A stretch of DNA of 63,994 nucleotides, counting the filler, from Porpidia crustulata (taxonomy: Eukaryota): assembly GCA_964255105.1 (NCBI GenBank). It is 17 parts of 17 records of this genome, joined end to end, with 100 filler letters (N's around TTAATTAATTAA, not from the genome) between each part and the next. Parts side by side here need not be neighbours in the genome. Positions count along the whole stretch, not along the records: positions 1 to 3,706 come from CAXUWE010002251.1; positions 3,807 to 7,507 come from CAXUWE010002252.1; positions 7,608 to 11,305 come from CAXUWE010002253.1; positions 11,406 to 15,101 come from CAXUWE010002254.1; 13 more parts are not named here. One strand, written 5' to 3'. The position numbers and the translations under genes were made by a program. Position 1 is the stretch's first letter; the number at the start of each line of letters is the position of its first letter. Below, piece by piece: positions 1-13,002 of the stretch. The notes beneath the pieces are model-generated. The model saw only the letters and a program-made list of their open reading frames with translations. It did not search any database and was not told the origin of the DNA.

Positions 1-1108
1 TCTGGAGTTGGATGGAGGCGGTGCAGCCGTGTGGGGTGGAGCGATCGTGGTAGAGTTTTAGTTCGGCTGGGGAGACGGTGATGGGGTTCAGTTATCTTCG
101 TAGTGCCGGGTCGGTAAGGTCAATGGAGGGGAGGGGCCGCCGTTCGTCGGTGAGCTGAGGGGAAATTGAGAGTAGAGAACGGGCGAGATAGTCGTCACGT
201 TGCACGGGCGCGGTGAAATTGGAGAGTGAGCGGGCGGCGGACTTGAGCATTCGGAGGGAAGCTGTGAGATTTGATTTGAATGAGGATCTCGGATTTGGTA
301 TGGCGACCTCGGGTGTGAGTAAATCGGCATCGCTTGGACATGGCATAGGGTCGAGATTGATTTCCAGTGGCATCGATAGCAAAGGATGATCCAAGACACA
401 ATCCTCGGCGGTTGAGGAGGACGGAGTTTTCTGTCTTCGATCCGTGCTACTTCGCTTCCTTATCGGTATGCCAGGGGTTGATGGGTTGCTGGCCGAACAA
501 GTTGACTCGGCGTCGGTGTCAAGAGAAGGCATCGATTCGCTTGATAATGACCGGATCGAGGAAAGCGGACCGGTCGTCATCTCGCTATCGACACTCATGT
601 CATCGGGTTCCAGCTCATTCGGTGGGCTCTGGAGTACACCCCAGGACCTTGGACTGGACGTTGACATGGCGTTTCTACTTCCCCAAGCCCTTCTATCCTT
701 TGTAACCCCATATGCGCCTCGGTGACTGTCCCGGCGGCGTGGCTGTTGAGATGCGTCGTATCTTGATTCTGGGACCGACGTCATGGCGAGCAACGCCGCC
801 ATCGACGGGGGTACCGACGACGAATCATGAGGCGTACGATCATCCGGAGTAACTGAAATCGTCGGAGTATTATCTATACCCCTTCGCTGCCCACCGCTTT
901 GGGTACGCGTAGGAATGATAACTGGGGCCGAGGGAGTCGCGGGTGACGCCTGGAGCATCCTTACCGGCTTTTTGGGCCCCTTGGACGTTTCTCTTCGTTG
1001 AGGCTTTATCGGAGCTCGCTCTGCCACTCTTATCTCCATGTTCTTCTGGGCTTGTAGTTTGGACGAGGTTGGCGGAGAGGAGTACTGATAAGCCCGTGGC
1101 ACCATCAT
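1..1108 (-). CDS. Conserved fungal Ser/Pro-rich hypothetical protein, 3' partial, with an in-frame TAA at 92-94
   Basis: 338-aa ORF with the block SFKSNLTASLR...TDERRP...PALRR. The frame stays open past the TAA (LNPITVSPAELKLYHD...CTASIQLQ) to the window edge, matching the ALRRYLNP...SIQLQ pattern I recall for this family. Confidence 0.7.
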
Positions 1109-3706
1109 GGTAGATACTGGAGACGAGAGTCATAGAATACGTGTTCGGAAAGTTTTGTTTGCTGTTGGATGTTACAAGTAGTCAGCGAGAGAGGCGTATG
1201 CTAGAGTGGATATTTTTGACGCAGGTCCGATTGGCAGGATCCATCGGTTTCGGAGTCGGGGCTGAGATTTACATCTTCAGCCTCGGAGTGATATGAAAAC
1301 CCCGATTTCGCACTCGCTGTGAGCGTTACATCATGTAAATTATGATGTGGAAGAAGAGATGTGGTCAGTGGTAGTGGTAGTTGTGGCATTATGTCTGTTG
1401 TCTGCTGTCTGTGCACGGTCGCTGGCTTGACGGGGTAGTGCGATGAGAGGGTCATTTTCTTCGGCAGACTCCCGGAAAAGGAAGACGACTAGAAGAGGGC
1501 AACTGCACAAAAGATAAGAGAATAAGAGGAATCTTGGGCACACGACCGTGCAGTAGTCAAACTGTGTAGCACCCAGTATTTAGCCAGTGATAGATAGACG
1601 TCAGTAGCCATGCAGCCCCATCGCGCCCGGCCATCTGGTTGATTATCCCTGGAATCTCACTGGCCCCGTTGATCCATACCTAAGCGAACGCCCACAACTT
1701 TCTCATCCGTAGACCCCTATCACCACATGCAAGGGAAACGTGACTTGCCCTGATTGCTTTTGCTTCATAAAAAAGCAAACACAGCGCCAATAGCATCCAC
1801 CGTCTAAGAGCCTCCATCTGATCGTCTGTTGCATCTTTGCTGCAAAGTTGGAAGTAGCGGACATACGCAGGAAGTATCTCCGGCGACTACTGAGATATCA
1901 CGAACTCGTTTTACTCTCTTAGCTGTGCACAAGCGACTTCACCCACACGTCACAGACTCGTTTCCACGCTTTACCTAATAATTAGGCAATCAACAGTGGA
2001 AATCCCTCCACGCTACCTGGCCGGTCCGCTTCATCCTGCCATAGAGTGTTTTATAGACCAAGGCTTGTTGAGCCGTTGAGCTCTCGTTTCGGGGTAGTAA
2101 ACGGGTGAGTGGAAATCAGCCAAGACTAAGGGCTCGCTCCTCCATGTGGATCTTCATGTTCCAGATCACTTTGCAAGGACTAATGCGGTCTAATATCAAT
2201 AATTGAACGACATTTACGGTTTTTGTTCGGCGATGACACATCTATCATCCACGTCTAGAAAGGCAGACAAAGAAGTGAGATTGGGTTTCTTCAATCACGT
2301 TCAATGCTTTGGGTCTTGAGGAACCAAATCATACGTCAACACACTCCATCGTCTTCACTACTGGTCCCACCCCAGACAGTGTCTTCTCATCTGCAGTAGT
2401 GGAGGGTCTCCCGACTTTAAGCCTAATCTAGACTTCCGTAAATGATCTAGCAATGATGTGGGCAATGCTGTAATGGGAGTTGATATCAATTATTACAGCA
2501 TCCCGCTCAAGTGTATGTTTCCTATTGGGTTGTAAGTTCTATGCGAATCACCTCAGTCTTTGTACTGAGAGCAGAAAGTAGGTCTACAGCATGTTGGCCA
2601 GTAAATTCCTTTCGATGAAACTCTTGGCGCGTTATATATGTACGACCTCGCTCTTGCTACACTCACCGTGAAGATTATTCAAACCCAGCCGAATATGTCC
2701 TCTCTATCCATGATTTATGGCCAACACTCCTGCATTGGCGCATAAGCAGGCTTCGTGCAACGCATGCCGCAGATTTCTACAGAATGCCCTTTACTTTTCG
2801 CCATAACGGACAATATCCTCTGATGGATGATTGAAATATGCCGTCTTCTCTACCTTGACGTGTTGGACTCTGCCGGTTCAAGCCGATCTGGTACCGTGGT
2901 CTGAAATCGGCGAGATACTAGGAATGCGCAGCCGACCTGCTTCCTTCCACTTCGTATACCTGTACCCTTTGGTGCCATCGACTTCTTGCACCGCCTTATT
3001 ACGGTACGCCAAGAGTCGTTGGAGCATTACTGGCGGAATGGCTCAAATCGAGCGCTAACGACCATCCTAGAATATCGAAGATGATTCGAGTATGAACGCG
3101 GCTAATTACCTTGGAAATAAGATCGATTTACGACTTTCAAAATGCTTCTCAACGAGGTGTTTCCGGACATTTATGTTTCGTGAAAGTCTTACTTATGCTT
3201 GACCGCTTCTGCTGCAATGACTTATGGCACACCTCTTGTCATGAACAAGTCAATACCAACAGTGTACTTTCCTTTCTCCCGCACATTCCTCCCTAATATC
3301 CTCATATCTTATGTCCGAACATAATCTCACGATCAGCCGAATCTCGGTAAAAGCGCTCATGATACCACATTCCACGCCACTGTTGATCATCTTCGCTACA
3401 ATGACCGCAAGCCCCCAGACCCGCTCACCCAAAGCACAACCTTCCTTCTCTGATATCCCCCACCAATATTCTCCGCATCAATGGCAGCAGCATATCCACC
3501 ACCTGCCTTTTCACCTCCACGACATGTCGGTTGACGGACTGACGAAAACTTTCCTTTGTCTCCTCGCTGTCCGATGACGTTGACCAATACTACGGACATT
3601 TTGGCCCGGTATTTCGATATCTACAGTTGCGACCTGTCCACCTGGCCTATGCCTAGTGTACAACGCCACCTCCTCTCCATCCCACCCTTTTCCAGTCCTT
3701 CCCTGC

Positions 3707-3806
3707 NNNNNNNNNNNNNNNNNNNNNNNNNNNNNNNNNNNNNNNNNNNNTTAATTAATTAANNNNNNNNNNNNNNNNNNNNNNNNNNNNNNNNNNNNNN
3801 NNNNNN
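3707..3806. other. Artificial contig linker (44 N + TTAATTAATTAA + 44 N), first of 16
   Basis: Identical 100-nt linkers start at 3707, 7508, 11306, 15102, 18890, 22677, 26463, 30244, 34024, 37797, 41568, 45332, 49091, 52850, 56606 and 60361. The 12-mer gives stop codons in all six frames. Confidence 0.99.
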
Positions 3807-5619
3807 GGGGAGGAGGGAAGGGGGCAAACTCACGGAGTACCGCAGCATGTTCAGATTCTGCAAGGTGTGCAGGACGTCGGCCGTCGTCATGGCGCTCAGT
3901 GCACCAACCTCCTCGACGCTGATCTCTGGCCCTCGCCCGTCTTCCGTCAATACCTCCACCACGGTCTCGGCCCAGTACGCTCGGTAGCCCAGTAAGCCCA
4001 AATCACTCAGAGGCTTCTCAGGGCTACCCAATTTTCCCTCCCGCTTGCTGAGCTCATAGCTAAACGCTATCAGCAGTCTCCCGAATCCCTTACGTTGATA
4101 TTGCGGAAGAGTCAGGATACAGGCTACATTGTAGCCTTCTGCCGATTCTTTCTCTTTGCTGAAGTAGCCGACGAGGTGGCAGCCGTGGGTGTCGCGGGTG
4201 GTCATGCAGTAGAAGAGAAAAGGGTCGACGTCGTAGTACAGGGTCTTGTGGTCGAGGAAGAGTTTACTCAGTAGACAGAGATTCCTGCACCAGCGCCGTT
4301 GTCTTCGACCGTCGATCTCGAAAAATGAGACATGATCGTCGCGATAGATTTCGTTACCAGGCGGATGCAACAATGTGCATTTGGCGCGGTGCCGCTCGAA
4401 TGAGGTGACGCTGTTGGAGTAGCTGAGGCAAAATTCGCAGATGTAGACCATATCCGCGGCGGTGTATGAAGAAGGGTACGGAGAAAAGTACCAAGGTTCC
4501 ATTTCGTGCTGGCCCATTTGGATACGGCCGAGGTTGCGGACACGTGAGATTTCAGTTTGGTTTTGGGTGAGACTGCCACCCGTGCGGAGTTTCTCGATTT
4601 CTTCTTCCCGGGAGTACGGGGAGTGCTGTGGGGCTGACGCTTTGGCGGCTGCGGCGGCGTCTTGAATATCGACAATGTCCAGATCAGAGTCTTCGGCCCT
4701 TGGAGTTCCAGTGGTGATTTCGGGGGCAAGGACTGAAATCGAGTTCTCGCTACCTGGTCGATTTTCTTTGCCGCCAATTAAAGGTGGCCTGCCAGCTTTG
4801 CCTTGAGCATTACCGGTGGTTGTGGCTAGTTCTGGAGTAGCCGAGTTTTTACGACTAGTGGTCGATGGTCTTGGACGTTTCTGACCAGCGACGGCTTTGG
4901 GAACGGTTGTGGTTTTAGGGGCAGCGGAGGCGGCTTTTTGATTTTTCTTGCTTGGAGCTTCGGGCAGGGGCCATTCAACTTCTTGCGTGAGATCAAGGCG
5001 AGAAGCAGGCACCCATTCTTGTGTATTTCAGCACATGGTTTTACATTTGAGTGATTGAGGCCAGACTAACCATCGAGACGTTTATTGAACTCTTCATAGT
5101 GGACACTGGCGTGAAATTAGAACAGCCTGAGTCAAGACGAAGGGGATAATACTAGTAATTCGGCTGTCCTTTTTTATTTTCTATAGACAAGATCTCTGCC
5201 TTGCGTTTCTCGCCATCCTATGGCCTGAATTAGAATGACTCTGGAAGAGGATGGATTTATTGAAGCAGCTCTCCGGCGAAATAAATATTTGACATCGTTG
5301 ATAGATTATAATGATAATTAACGCAAATGAAAAGAAAGGTAATAGCATGGTAAATCGACGCAGATCAAGCAGAAAGTAACGACGTGGAACACAAAGGTGG
5401 TAAACGAGGGATAGAATGAGAGCTCAAATTTACCTTCTCGACGAAAGCCTTGACACCAATTCTATCAATAAATGTGAGCGATTTTACTCAATCCTTAGAG
5501 CTATGCGACAACGATGATTCCAATTTTGGTACATACCTCAAGGTGCTAAGTGTCGCAATTCCCTTCTCGACTGGATCAGGTGTGCCAGTGCGATCTTGCG
5601 ATGGATCTCTGGGCGCCAT
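3807..5619 (-). CDS. ESA1: MYST-family histone acetyltransferase Esa1 (NuA4 catalytic subunit), 3' truncated by the contig end
   Basis: ATG at 5619. Short 5' exons (about 5537-5619, 5434-5461, 5153-5217, 5071-5105) splice via GT-AG introns into a Tudor-knot/chromo domain (KAEILSI...[16 protein letters not shown]). The large exon carries MYST motifs [42 protein letters not shown] and [11 protein letters not shown]. Confidence 0.96.
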
Positions 5620-6025
5620 GCTGGTTGCGCAACTTAGTGGAATGTTATGATCGATTTTGGTGAAAGGAAATTCATGGTACGGATAACAGTCGATAAAACC
5701 GTAGCACCAAAATGTCGTGGGTGTTTAGATGTTGCTTGCTGTGCTCGCCTAGAGTGGTCGTGGCGTCGGTGAGGTTTCATTGCCCCGGCACGCCCATGTC
5801 CGTCACTCCTATTATCAGCATCGCTCAATGATGCGTGAACGCAGCGCTCTACCTCAAGCTGGTCGACTACTGAGCTCATCGCTCTACAACGCTCTTTTAT
5901 ACTCCCACCAGTAGCAGAAAAGAAATTCAACCCTACAATCGTTTCATGAGGGTTAAAAATGGCCAAGGTACTTCCCTTCACACCATTTACCGTGAATAGT
6001 AACTTACACCCTCCTTCAGATACAC

Positions 6026-6712
6026 ATGAGACCCCTCGACTTGTTGCTATACCGCCCTATTCACTTCCCTTGGCTACCCTCCGCCGCCAATTCCAAGTCT
6101 CTGCGGATGTCCTACCCTCCCGACTCCACCCCCGTTGGCGGCGTACTTACGTTCGAGCCCTACCGATCCACCCTTTACCCCCTTCTCCACATTCAAAATC
6201 TTGTCGCTGCTACAGCTTCCAGCAAAGCCCTGCGTGACCGCTTCCTCGATTACGACGAGCGCAATGACTTTGTCGGCATGGACATGGCGCGGAAGTTCAT
6301 CCACCTAGGTAAGATAAGAGCTATGAAGAATTCGGAATTTGAAGGAGGCAGGATGGTCGATGAGGCGAGGGTGAAGTCTGAGAAGGTCGAGGGAGATTAT
6401 GAGTGGAAAGAGGAGAAGATCAACATTTGGAAGGTTTTTGAGCGTCAATGGAGGGTCTTGATGAGGCATCCGGGGTATGTACGGAAGATGAAGGCTTTTG
6501 TGAGGGAGAAGGAGATATGGGTGGCTGAAAATGGGATAACAGGGCCGATGGCAACGCGGTTCAGGATGCCCAATAGCCGTGCAGGCCCGGTGATTGAAGG
6601 GTCAAGAAGGGGACCAGCGAGCAAACCAAGGGGGAGAATGCGAGCGAGTTCTCCACGCTTACACCAGCAAATTGCTGATAATTCACGCAAGCTGGGACGT
6701 GAAGCCGGCTAA
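6026..6712 (+). CDS. DUF4385-like protein (diverged)
   Basis: Motifs GVLTFEPY and DFVGMDMARKFI are typical of DUF4385. Single-exon 228-aa ORF, divergent from ESA1. Confidence 0.75.
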   Translation: MRPLDLLLYRPIHFPWLPSAANSKSLRMSYPPDSTPVGGVLTFEPYRSTLYPLLHIQNLVAATASSKALRDRFLDYDERNDFVGMDMARKFIHLGKIRAMKNSEFEGGRMVDEARVKSEKVEGDYEWKEEKINIWKVFERQWRVLMRHPGYVRKMKAFVREKEIWVAENGITGPMATRFRMPNSRAGPVIEGSRRGPASKPRGRMRASSPRLHQQIADNSRKLGREAG

Positions 6713-7952
6713 TACTTCCGACAAATTCTCAAGCTCGTCATTGAAACTTACTGCCACCCCTTAGCCACGTCCCGTCCATGAGAGATACGTATTTTTTTTT
6801 AGAAATCTTCTACGCTGGAGAACTCCATTGAACCGACATAATACAATTGTACAATTAATAAAGAGAGATGCTCGAGGGAAACCCAGGGAACCGATGTCCG
6901 CCTTGCAGGACTATCCAAGGGCCGATGAAGGGTATCTAAAAAGAAAACAGGAAATAGAAAACCAACCCTCTTTTCTCCTTTCATACCATTCATACATCCA
7001 AATCGGTAAACAAACCATCCACCTCTACCTTCCACACACACACCGTTCTTCCACCAATTCACATATCCCTTCAAAATCCCCACCAACCACCAGTCCCCCA
7101 AATCAGCTTCTCACGCAGTGAAGTCCTCCCCTCCAAACCCAATACGATCCAAATCTTACCACGCAGCATGGAATCATGCACCACAGAGCACCCCTCCGAA
7201 TTTCCTCAATCTCCTTTCTCCTACTTCCATCAAAATTCCAACTGAAAGATCTGAGAACAAAGCTCCAAGTCCTCAGTTTCTTATACTCCAGTGTCCTTCT
7301 GGATGCCTCCGTTAAAGAGAGAAGCAACGTCGTCACTGGACTCGCCGATATCGACATGTATTCGGCCAGCAATTATCGATGATGATGAGTGTGATGATCT
7401 CCCCCACGTCGCTTTCGACGATGACGAAGACGAAGACGAAGACGGTTTTCCCTCGGTCACCTTCGACGACAACGATCTTACCCCCCTCCATTTCCTCTTC
7501 CTCTTCCNNNNNNNNNNNNNNNNNNNNNNNNNNNNNNNNNNNNNNNNNNNNTTAATTAATTAANNNNNNNNNNNNNNNNNNNNNNNNNNNNNNNNNNNNN
7601 NNNNNNNCTTTAGCGCGCGGCGCGATCGGCGTTTTGACGCGATTACTCCAATGCTCCACTTTGAGCTTCCAAAAGATATCAACACTTGTCAAACACCTCT
7701 GCACCCAAATACCCCAACGCCCCAATACCCTATCGCCCCAATAGCATATTGCCCCAACACTCAACTCAGCGCCTCCTCACAAGATGCTGTCGTCATTATA
7801 TGAGTCCTGATATGTATGGCTTACTTTGGCCCTTCTATTCCTTCTCGATCACGTCTTGGTGACTGAGGTGACTCATTGAGAGGGAAGATATCGAGCTAAA
7901 GCATTCTGATTGCGCAACTTTGGAGTTCTGTCAATGCTGATCTGACCTCATA

Positions 7953-10900
7953 ATGCCGGCTCAAAGACCCTGCGCCTCCTTTGACCCAATATCACCGGAC
8001 CTCGACCTTGCCGCTCTTGTTGAAGAAAGCCCCAACTTCGAGTATGTCGTACGAATCTCATGTGACATGATCGAGCACCAAGGTCTGGAGGCTTTCGAGA
8101 AGCTTGTCCTATTGCACGTGGTCATCGGAGGGAAGCCACTGGTAATAGAAGGATGGCAGCACAGACTGGATCAGTGGACCTTCACGAGTCAATGGCTGAG
8201 GGACAACGTTGGCAAAAAGTGTAAGCATATTCGATGTTTGACTGTTCGCTAGCTTATTAATTGTTCAGTTGAGCAAGCTCGTAACCTGACGACCAGACAG
8301 AATATGCCACTTTCGATTGGCCATTATCTGGAGAACATGGCTAAACTCACGAATCAGTGGACTCCGTACAACTACAAGGAACCAGATCGGCAGCGAATCT
8401 ACCTAAAAGATATTGACACTCCCAAATTATGGCATGACAAATTGAAGCAACAGATACCCCAAAGCGTATTTTACCTTAATGATAGTACAGGAGACGTCGG
8501 TGGCCCTGGTTCGATTTATGAAACCAATCCAAATGGTAGTAGAAAAGGCCGTGGTGTTGCAAGAGCTGGCGACTTAATGAGCTGCTTGCCTACGAAGATG
8601 AGAGCGGACAATATGATGTGCTATATCGGTCATGAGGGAACTTATACGCCCGCGCACAGAGAAATGTGCGCAAGCCTCGGACACAATCTCATGGTAGAAG
8701 CTTCAGGGACTCTTGACGATACTGGCAAGCCAACGAAGCCGGGCTCTTCTATTTGGTTTATGACGGAAACCAAAGATCGACACATGGTATCAGAATACTG
8801 GCTGTCAACTCTGGGACACGATATAGAGGTCGAGGGGCATTTTGCTCAGCTCAATGCCTGGAAAGCTGCCCCATTCAAAACCTACGTCGTGGAGCAAAAG
8901 GTTGGTGATTTCATCTTAATCCCTCCTTTAGCGCCTCATCAGGTATGGAACCGGGGCACGAGAACAATGAAGGCTGCTTGGAACCGAACAACTGTCGAAA
9001 CTCTTGAAATGGCGTTGAACGAAGCGCTTCCTAGGGCAAGGATTGTTTGTAGGGATGAGCAATACAAAAACAAGGCGATCGTTTTATTTGCCTTGGAAAA
9101 ATACTCAGATCTGCTTGACCGTGTTGAACGGCAAAGACAGATTACGGATGAGCAAGCCTTATTGGAGTTGAACTACAGTCCGAAAGTACGTCAACTTCAG
9201 AAAGACTTCAGGCGACTGTTTAGTCTTTACACTCAGATACTACTCTCAGAAATGCTCGCTCCAGCCCTCAAGGGTGAGAAAAAAGGTCAATATCTTCCCT
9301 ACGATGGCTATGTAACTTGTTCATATTGTCGGTGTAACATCTTCAATCGATTTCTGACGTGCACGTCATGCGTTGTGCCTCTTGATAATGGGGATGAAGA
9401 TACTTACGATATCTGCATGGAGTGCTTCGCTATGGGTCGAAGCTGCCGATGCATATCTAAATATAAATGGGTAGAACAATTTCCGTGGCAAGACCTGGTT
9501 GACAAGCACGAGCACTGGAGACATCAAATCGACAAAGCCCCCCCATCACTCAGCGTCGAAAGGCAGAACATAAAGAAAAAGACTCTTGCGCAAGTCTGCC
9601 AAGAGCAGCTGAAGATTCGGCCATGGAAAGACCCGTCCAGAGAGGTGGAGCAGGGCTCCCCGCACGAAGATTTATCGGACGGTGCCCGTGGTCTCTCGGC
9701 CAAGTCTAAAAGGCGGCGGATGAAGAAGGCTCGAAAAGATCATATGTGTTGCCACGTATCTCACTTCCCAGAACCTATCTGGAAGCTCGCACATTGCAAG
9801 TGCGGGCGTGGCTTCACGTATGGAAGCTTATTCAGAATGTTCGACTTGATGCCTTTGACTGTTATGGAAAATCCTGATTGGGAATGTCCACGTTGTCTCA
9901 AGATTTGTTCTTGTGGGAGCTGTCGTAGCGTCAAAGGCATTAAGCCGTTCGAGCCCACTGGAACAATGCTTGGCCACGATACCAAAAAAGTCGCCGATCC
10001 CCGAAGTGTCGAAAGCCTCGTCAACTTTAGTATCTCCAACATTGGCTGGATTAAGAAATTCGGAGACGATGACCCGCATGATACGAAGCGTTTGCTGAGA
10101 CGGAAAGATGAGGCGGAGATTGAAAAATCAAAAGACCCTACCCTCGACGATCATTATGTCAATGATGAAGAAATAACTCCGACAAGCTCAGCGCTTCCTA
10201 CTGGGTCTATGTATAGGGAAGGAAGTATACCCATTGATCCGATGCTCCACACGGATCAACCTCCTTCACAATCTCATCGTTCCAGATTGCATGACGGTCC
10301 AGACCGCGATCGCCTCAGTAGTACCCCCTACATCCATGGTGATGACCAGTGGTCCCGGCATACTGCGCCAATAGCTAGGTTAACCGAAGAGAACCCTAGA
10401 TATGGCACATTCACTACAGAAGATACAGGCATTACTTATCAATATCCAGATCCAACCTTGCCTCAAGCTGCGCCTTCTCCTCAGGTAGATCGCCACCCGC
10501 TACACGAACCCCGGAATGACCAGCAACCAACAAATGGTTTGAATGTCCACGGCGGTACGAAGCGGAAGCGCGCAGATAGTCACACCATAGTCCAGAGTGA
10601 CCTACTCGATTTAGGAACGAAGGATATTACGGGAACATCCAAGAACGACGCCAATGCACATTACCACCAGGCGAAGATACAACAAACTTTGGCTGATGCA
10701 AGACGTAATGATAGATACATCAGCGCAGAAGCTGCGATATATGGCAAATCTTTAGTGGTCCGAAGTCGGGTCAGCGGATCCCGATTAAATCAGGTCATCA
10801 ACGTAGATTCCATAGATCCTCAGCTCCAAATGAGTCCAGATACCATGAGTACTGAGAGCAAGATCCTAAACAACATTATCGTCCAATCCGACTTCCCGGT

Positions 10901-11305
10901 CCACTTACCTGCTAGTTCAGCCAAGCCGAACACGGTCTCAAAGAAGAGGAAAGTGAGAGTTGAGCAAGACGACGATTTCTCCACCCGCAAAGCTTCGAGT
11001 CTCAACTCGTCAACAAGGCTCAGTCTACCAGGCGATCTACAAAAACATTCGGCCAAGTATCAAGAATTTTCAAGCGACACGGACAATTCCGACCATTTCG
11101 AGGAAAATTACCATGACGCTCCTACCAAAAAGGTCCAGAAAGCACGGAAACTCCCGGCCTATCTCGCCCGCAGAAGCGACGGTGACATGATCTCCATCCC
11201 GGCACAACTCCCTCCCCGAAAACCCCGCGCTCTTTCCAAACCCAAAGTCTCACATCAACCTCAATTCTCTGCAGTAAATGGACCGCTTCCGAACTACCAC
11301 AATAC
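7953..11305 (+). CDS. dmm-1: JmjC-domain protein with Cys-rich/zf-4CXXC region (Neurospora DMM-1-like), 3' partial
   Basis: Exon 1 7953-8220, a 48-nt GT-AG intron 8221-8268, and exon 2 in frame with the 1017-aa ORF. JmjC motifs YLKDID, GTYTPAHREMC and PPLAPHQVWN; multiple CxxC clusters (CSYCRC, CPRCLKICSCGSC). Confidence 0.8.
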
Positions 11306-12122
11306 NNNNNNNNNNNNNNNNNNNNNNNNNNNNNNNNNNNNNNNNNNNNTTAATTAATTAANNNNNNNNNNNNNNNNNNNNNNNNNNNNNNNNNNNNNNN
11401 NNNNNAGTTTGGGGGTGAGGGGGATGGGAAAGAGAAGTGGCGTCAGACGGGTGGGATTTCATGGTCCAGGTATCTAAGTGGACTCGGAGGAGAGCGAGCG
11501 GATTTTATTATTTGCTTGTCTTCACCCCCTGTGTTCAATTGTGTTCTGATGGAGCCATCATCATCATCGCTATCCCCCATCATCTCAATTTGCTATACAA
11601 ACGACAAGTCCTAGAAACCCTGTTAGAAAACTACGTCAGAAGTCGTTGCTCTGCACTTGGGGCTGAAAAATGCGAGAGCGCCGTGACTTTATGTACTTAG
11701 CGGGTTATTTTCTTGCGGAAGAGGTATCTTAAGAATCAGGTAAACACAATAATGATAAGTGAGGATTTTCCGCTGGGACAATAATCCCTGTTCACCTCAA
11801 TTCACATATAGTGTCAGATCGTGTTGAAAAAATCGAGCATTCATCCGCCTGGTCCAAGATACCGAACCCAACACATGGCTCTTCTTCACACGCGATTTAA
11901 TCTGATGACCATGGGTCGAACCATCTTCACCGGAGAGCTGTTGATTATGGTGCTGCTGACTTGATGTGATAGAGAAGGTGATCTGTGGTCAATGTTCTCA
12001 ATTTGTTTTCCTGAGAAATCTTACTTATTCTTACATCTCGTTCCTACCCTCAAAGGCTTTATTCGTGGCTTGTTAGGAACAGATCAAGAAAACATCAGAG
12101 TCGATTACCCTGACAAACCAAT

Positions 12123-13002
12123 ATGTACACACCACGAGACACTCATAGGCTCTCACCGCCCCCACCGGGCGACATCTCACCGCGCTACTATGGGTGGCTG
12201 ATGACCTTCTTTCCTGACGAGATGGTTGCATACGAGTCGGGATTCGGTGGACCTGACCCGCGGGTCGTCCTTAGGCAGCGTTACGAAGACCAGGTCTGCC
12301 AATGGAGATCTCGCGGCGCGGCAGAAGAGTCTGTGTTGACCAACATCATGATCGACCGCGCCGAAATCCTGGTGGGAGCAAGAACCGAGCAAGGTCCGGA
12401 TGGGCGATACTATTGGGTTGGGGACCACAGGAACGGCGGCGGACATCGAATCTTAACGCCGCATCGTGAGTACCTCGAAGATTGCTGAAATATTGTTGCT
12501 GATCTGGCCTGAAGGACACCTAGAGCGCAACCGTACTCAGCATACGCGTGAACGCCACCATACTCCCTTTGGCGATTTCGAGCGGCATGTGGATACGAAC
12601 GTACATGTCGAGCGTGATACTTGGTGGGAGGGACCGATGCCTCGCGAGCATGACATATGGGCAGGACATTCCACTCACAATACTTTCGGCCGCGCGAGAG
12701 ATATGTATGGCGGAGACGCGGGGTCTCTGCCATATCAGGCTGGTATGGGATATTCTGGCGGAAGTCACCGTGGAAGTCCCGGCTTTATGTCCAATCAATA
12801 TGCTAATGGCTATGGAGACAACCATCAACATGGGATGTATGGGGGTGGGAGTCACCAAGATTACGGTATTGGAGGAGGTAGTCCACGCTGGAGGTCAGTT
12901 CGGAGTCCGCGCCAGAGCTTCGCTCAAAGTCCGAGCCCGGCCACCATGGGTGATTATCGTCGAGGTCCGAGGCTTGGTTATCCCTACTCATACGTTCCTT
13001 GA
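12123..13002 (+). CDS. Two-exon hypothetical protein with a Gly/Tyr/His-rich C-terminus
   Basis: GTGAGT donor at 12466, GCTGAT branch-like site, and an AG acceptor at 12514 or 12523. Either acceptor joins ORFs 12123.. and 12466..13002 in frame. No family recognised. Confidence 0.55.

Noticed and set aside
3751..3762. Regularly spaced palindrome TTAATTAATTAA every ~3.8 kb, resembling an array or att-site system
   Set aside because: It is always embedded in exactly 44+44 Ns; it is a synthetic six-frame-stop linker.
3807..11305. ESA1 and the JmjC gene as a chromatin gene cluster
   Set aside because: Separated by a linker; adjacency is an artefact.
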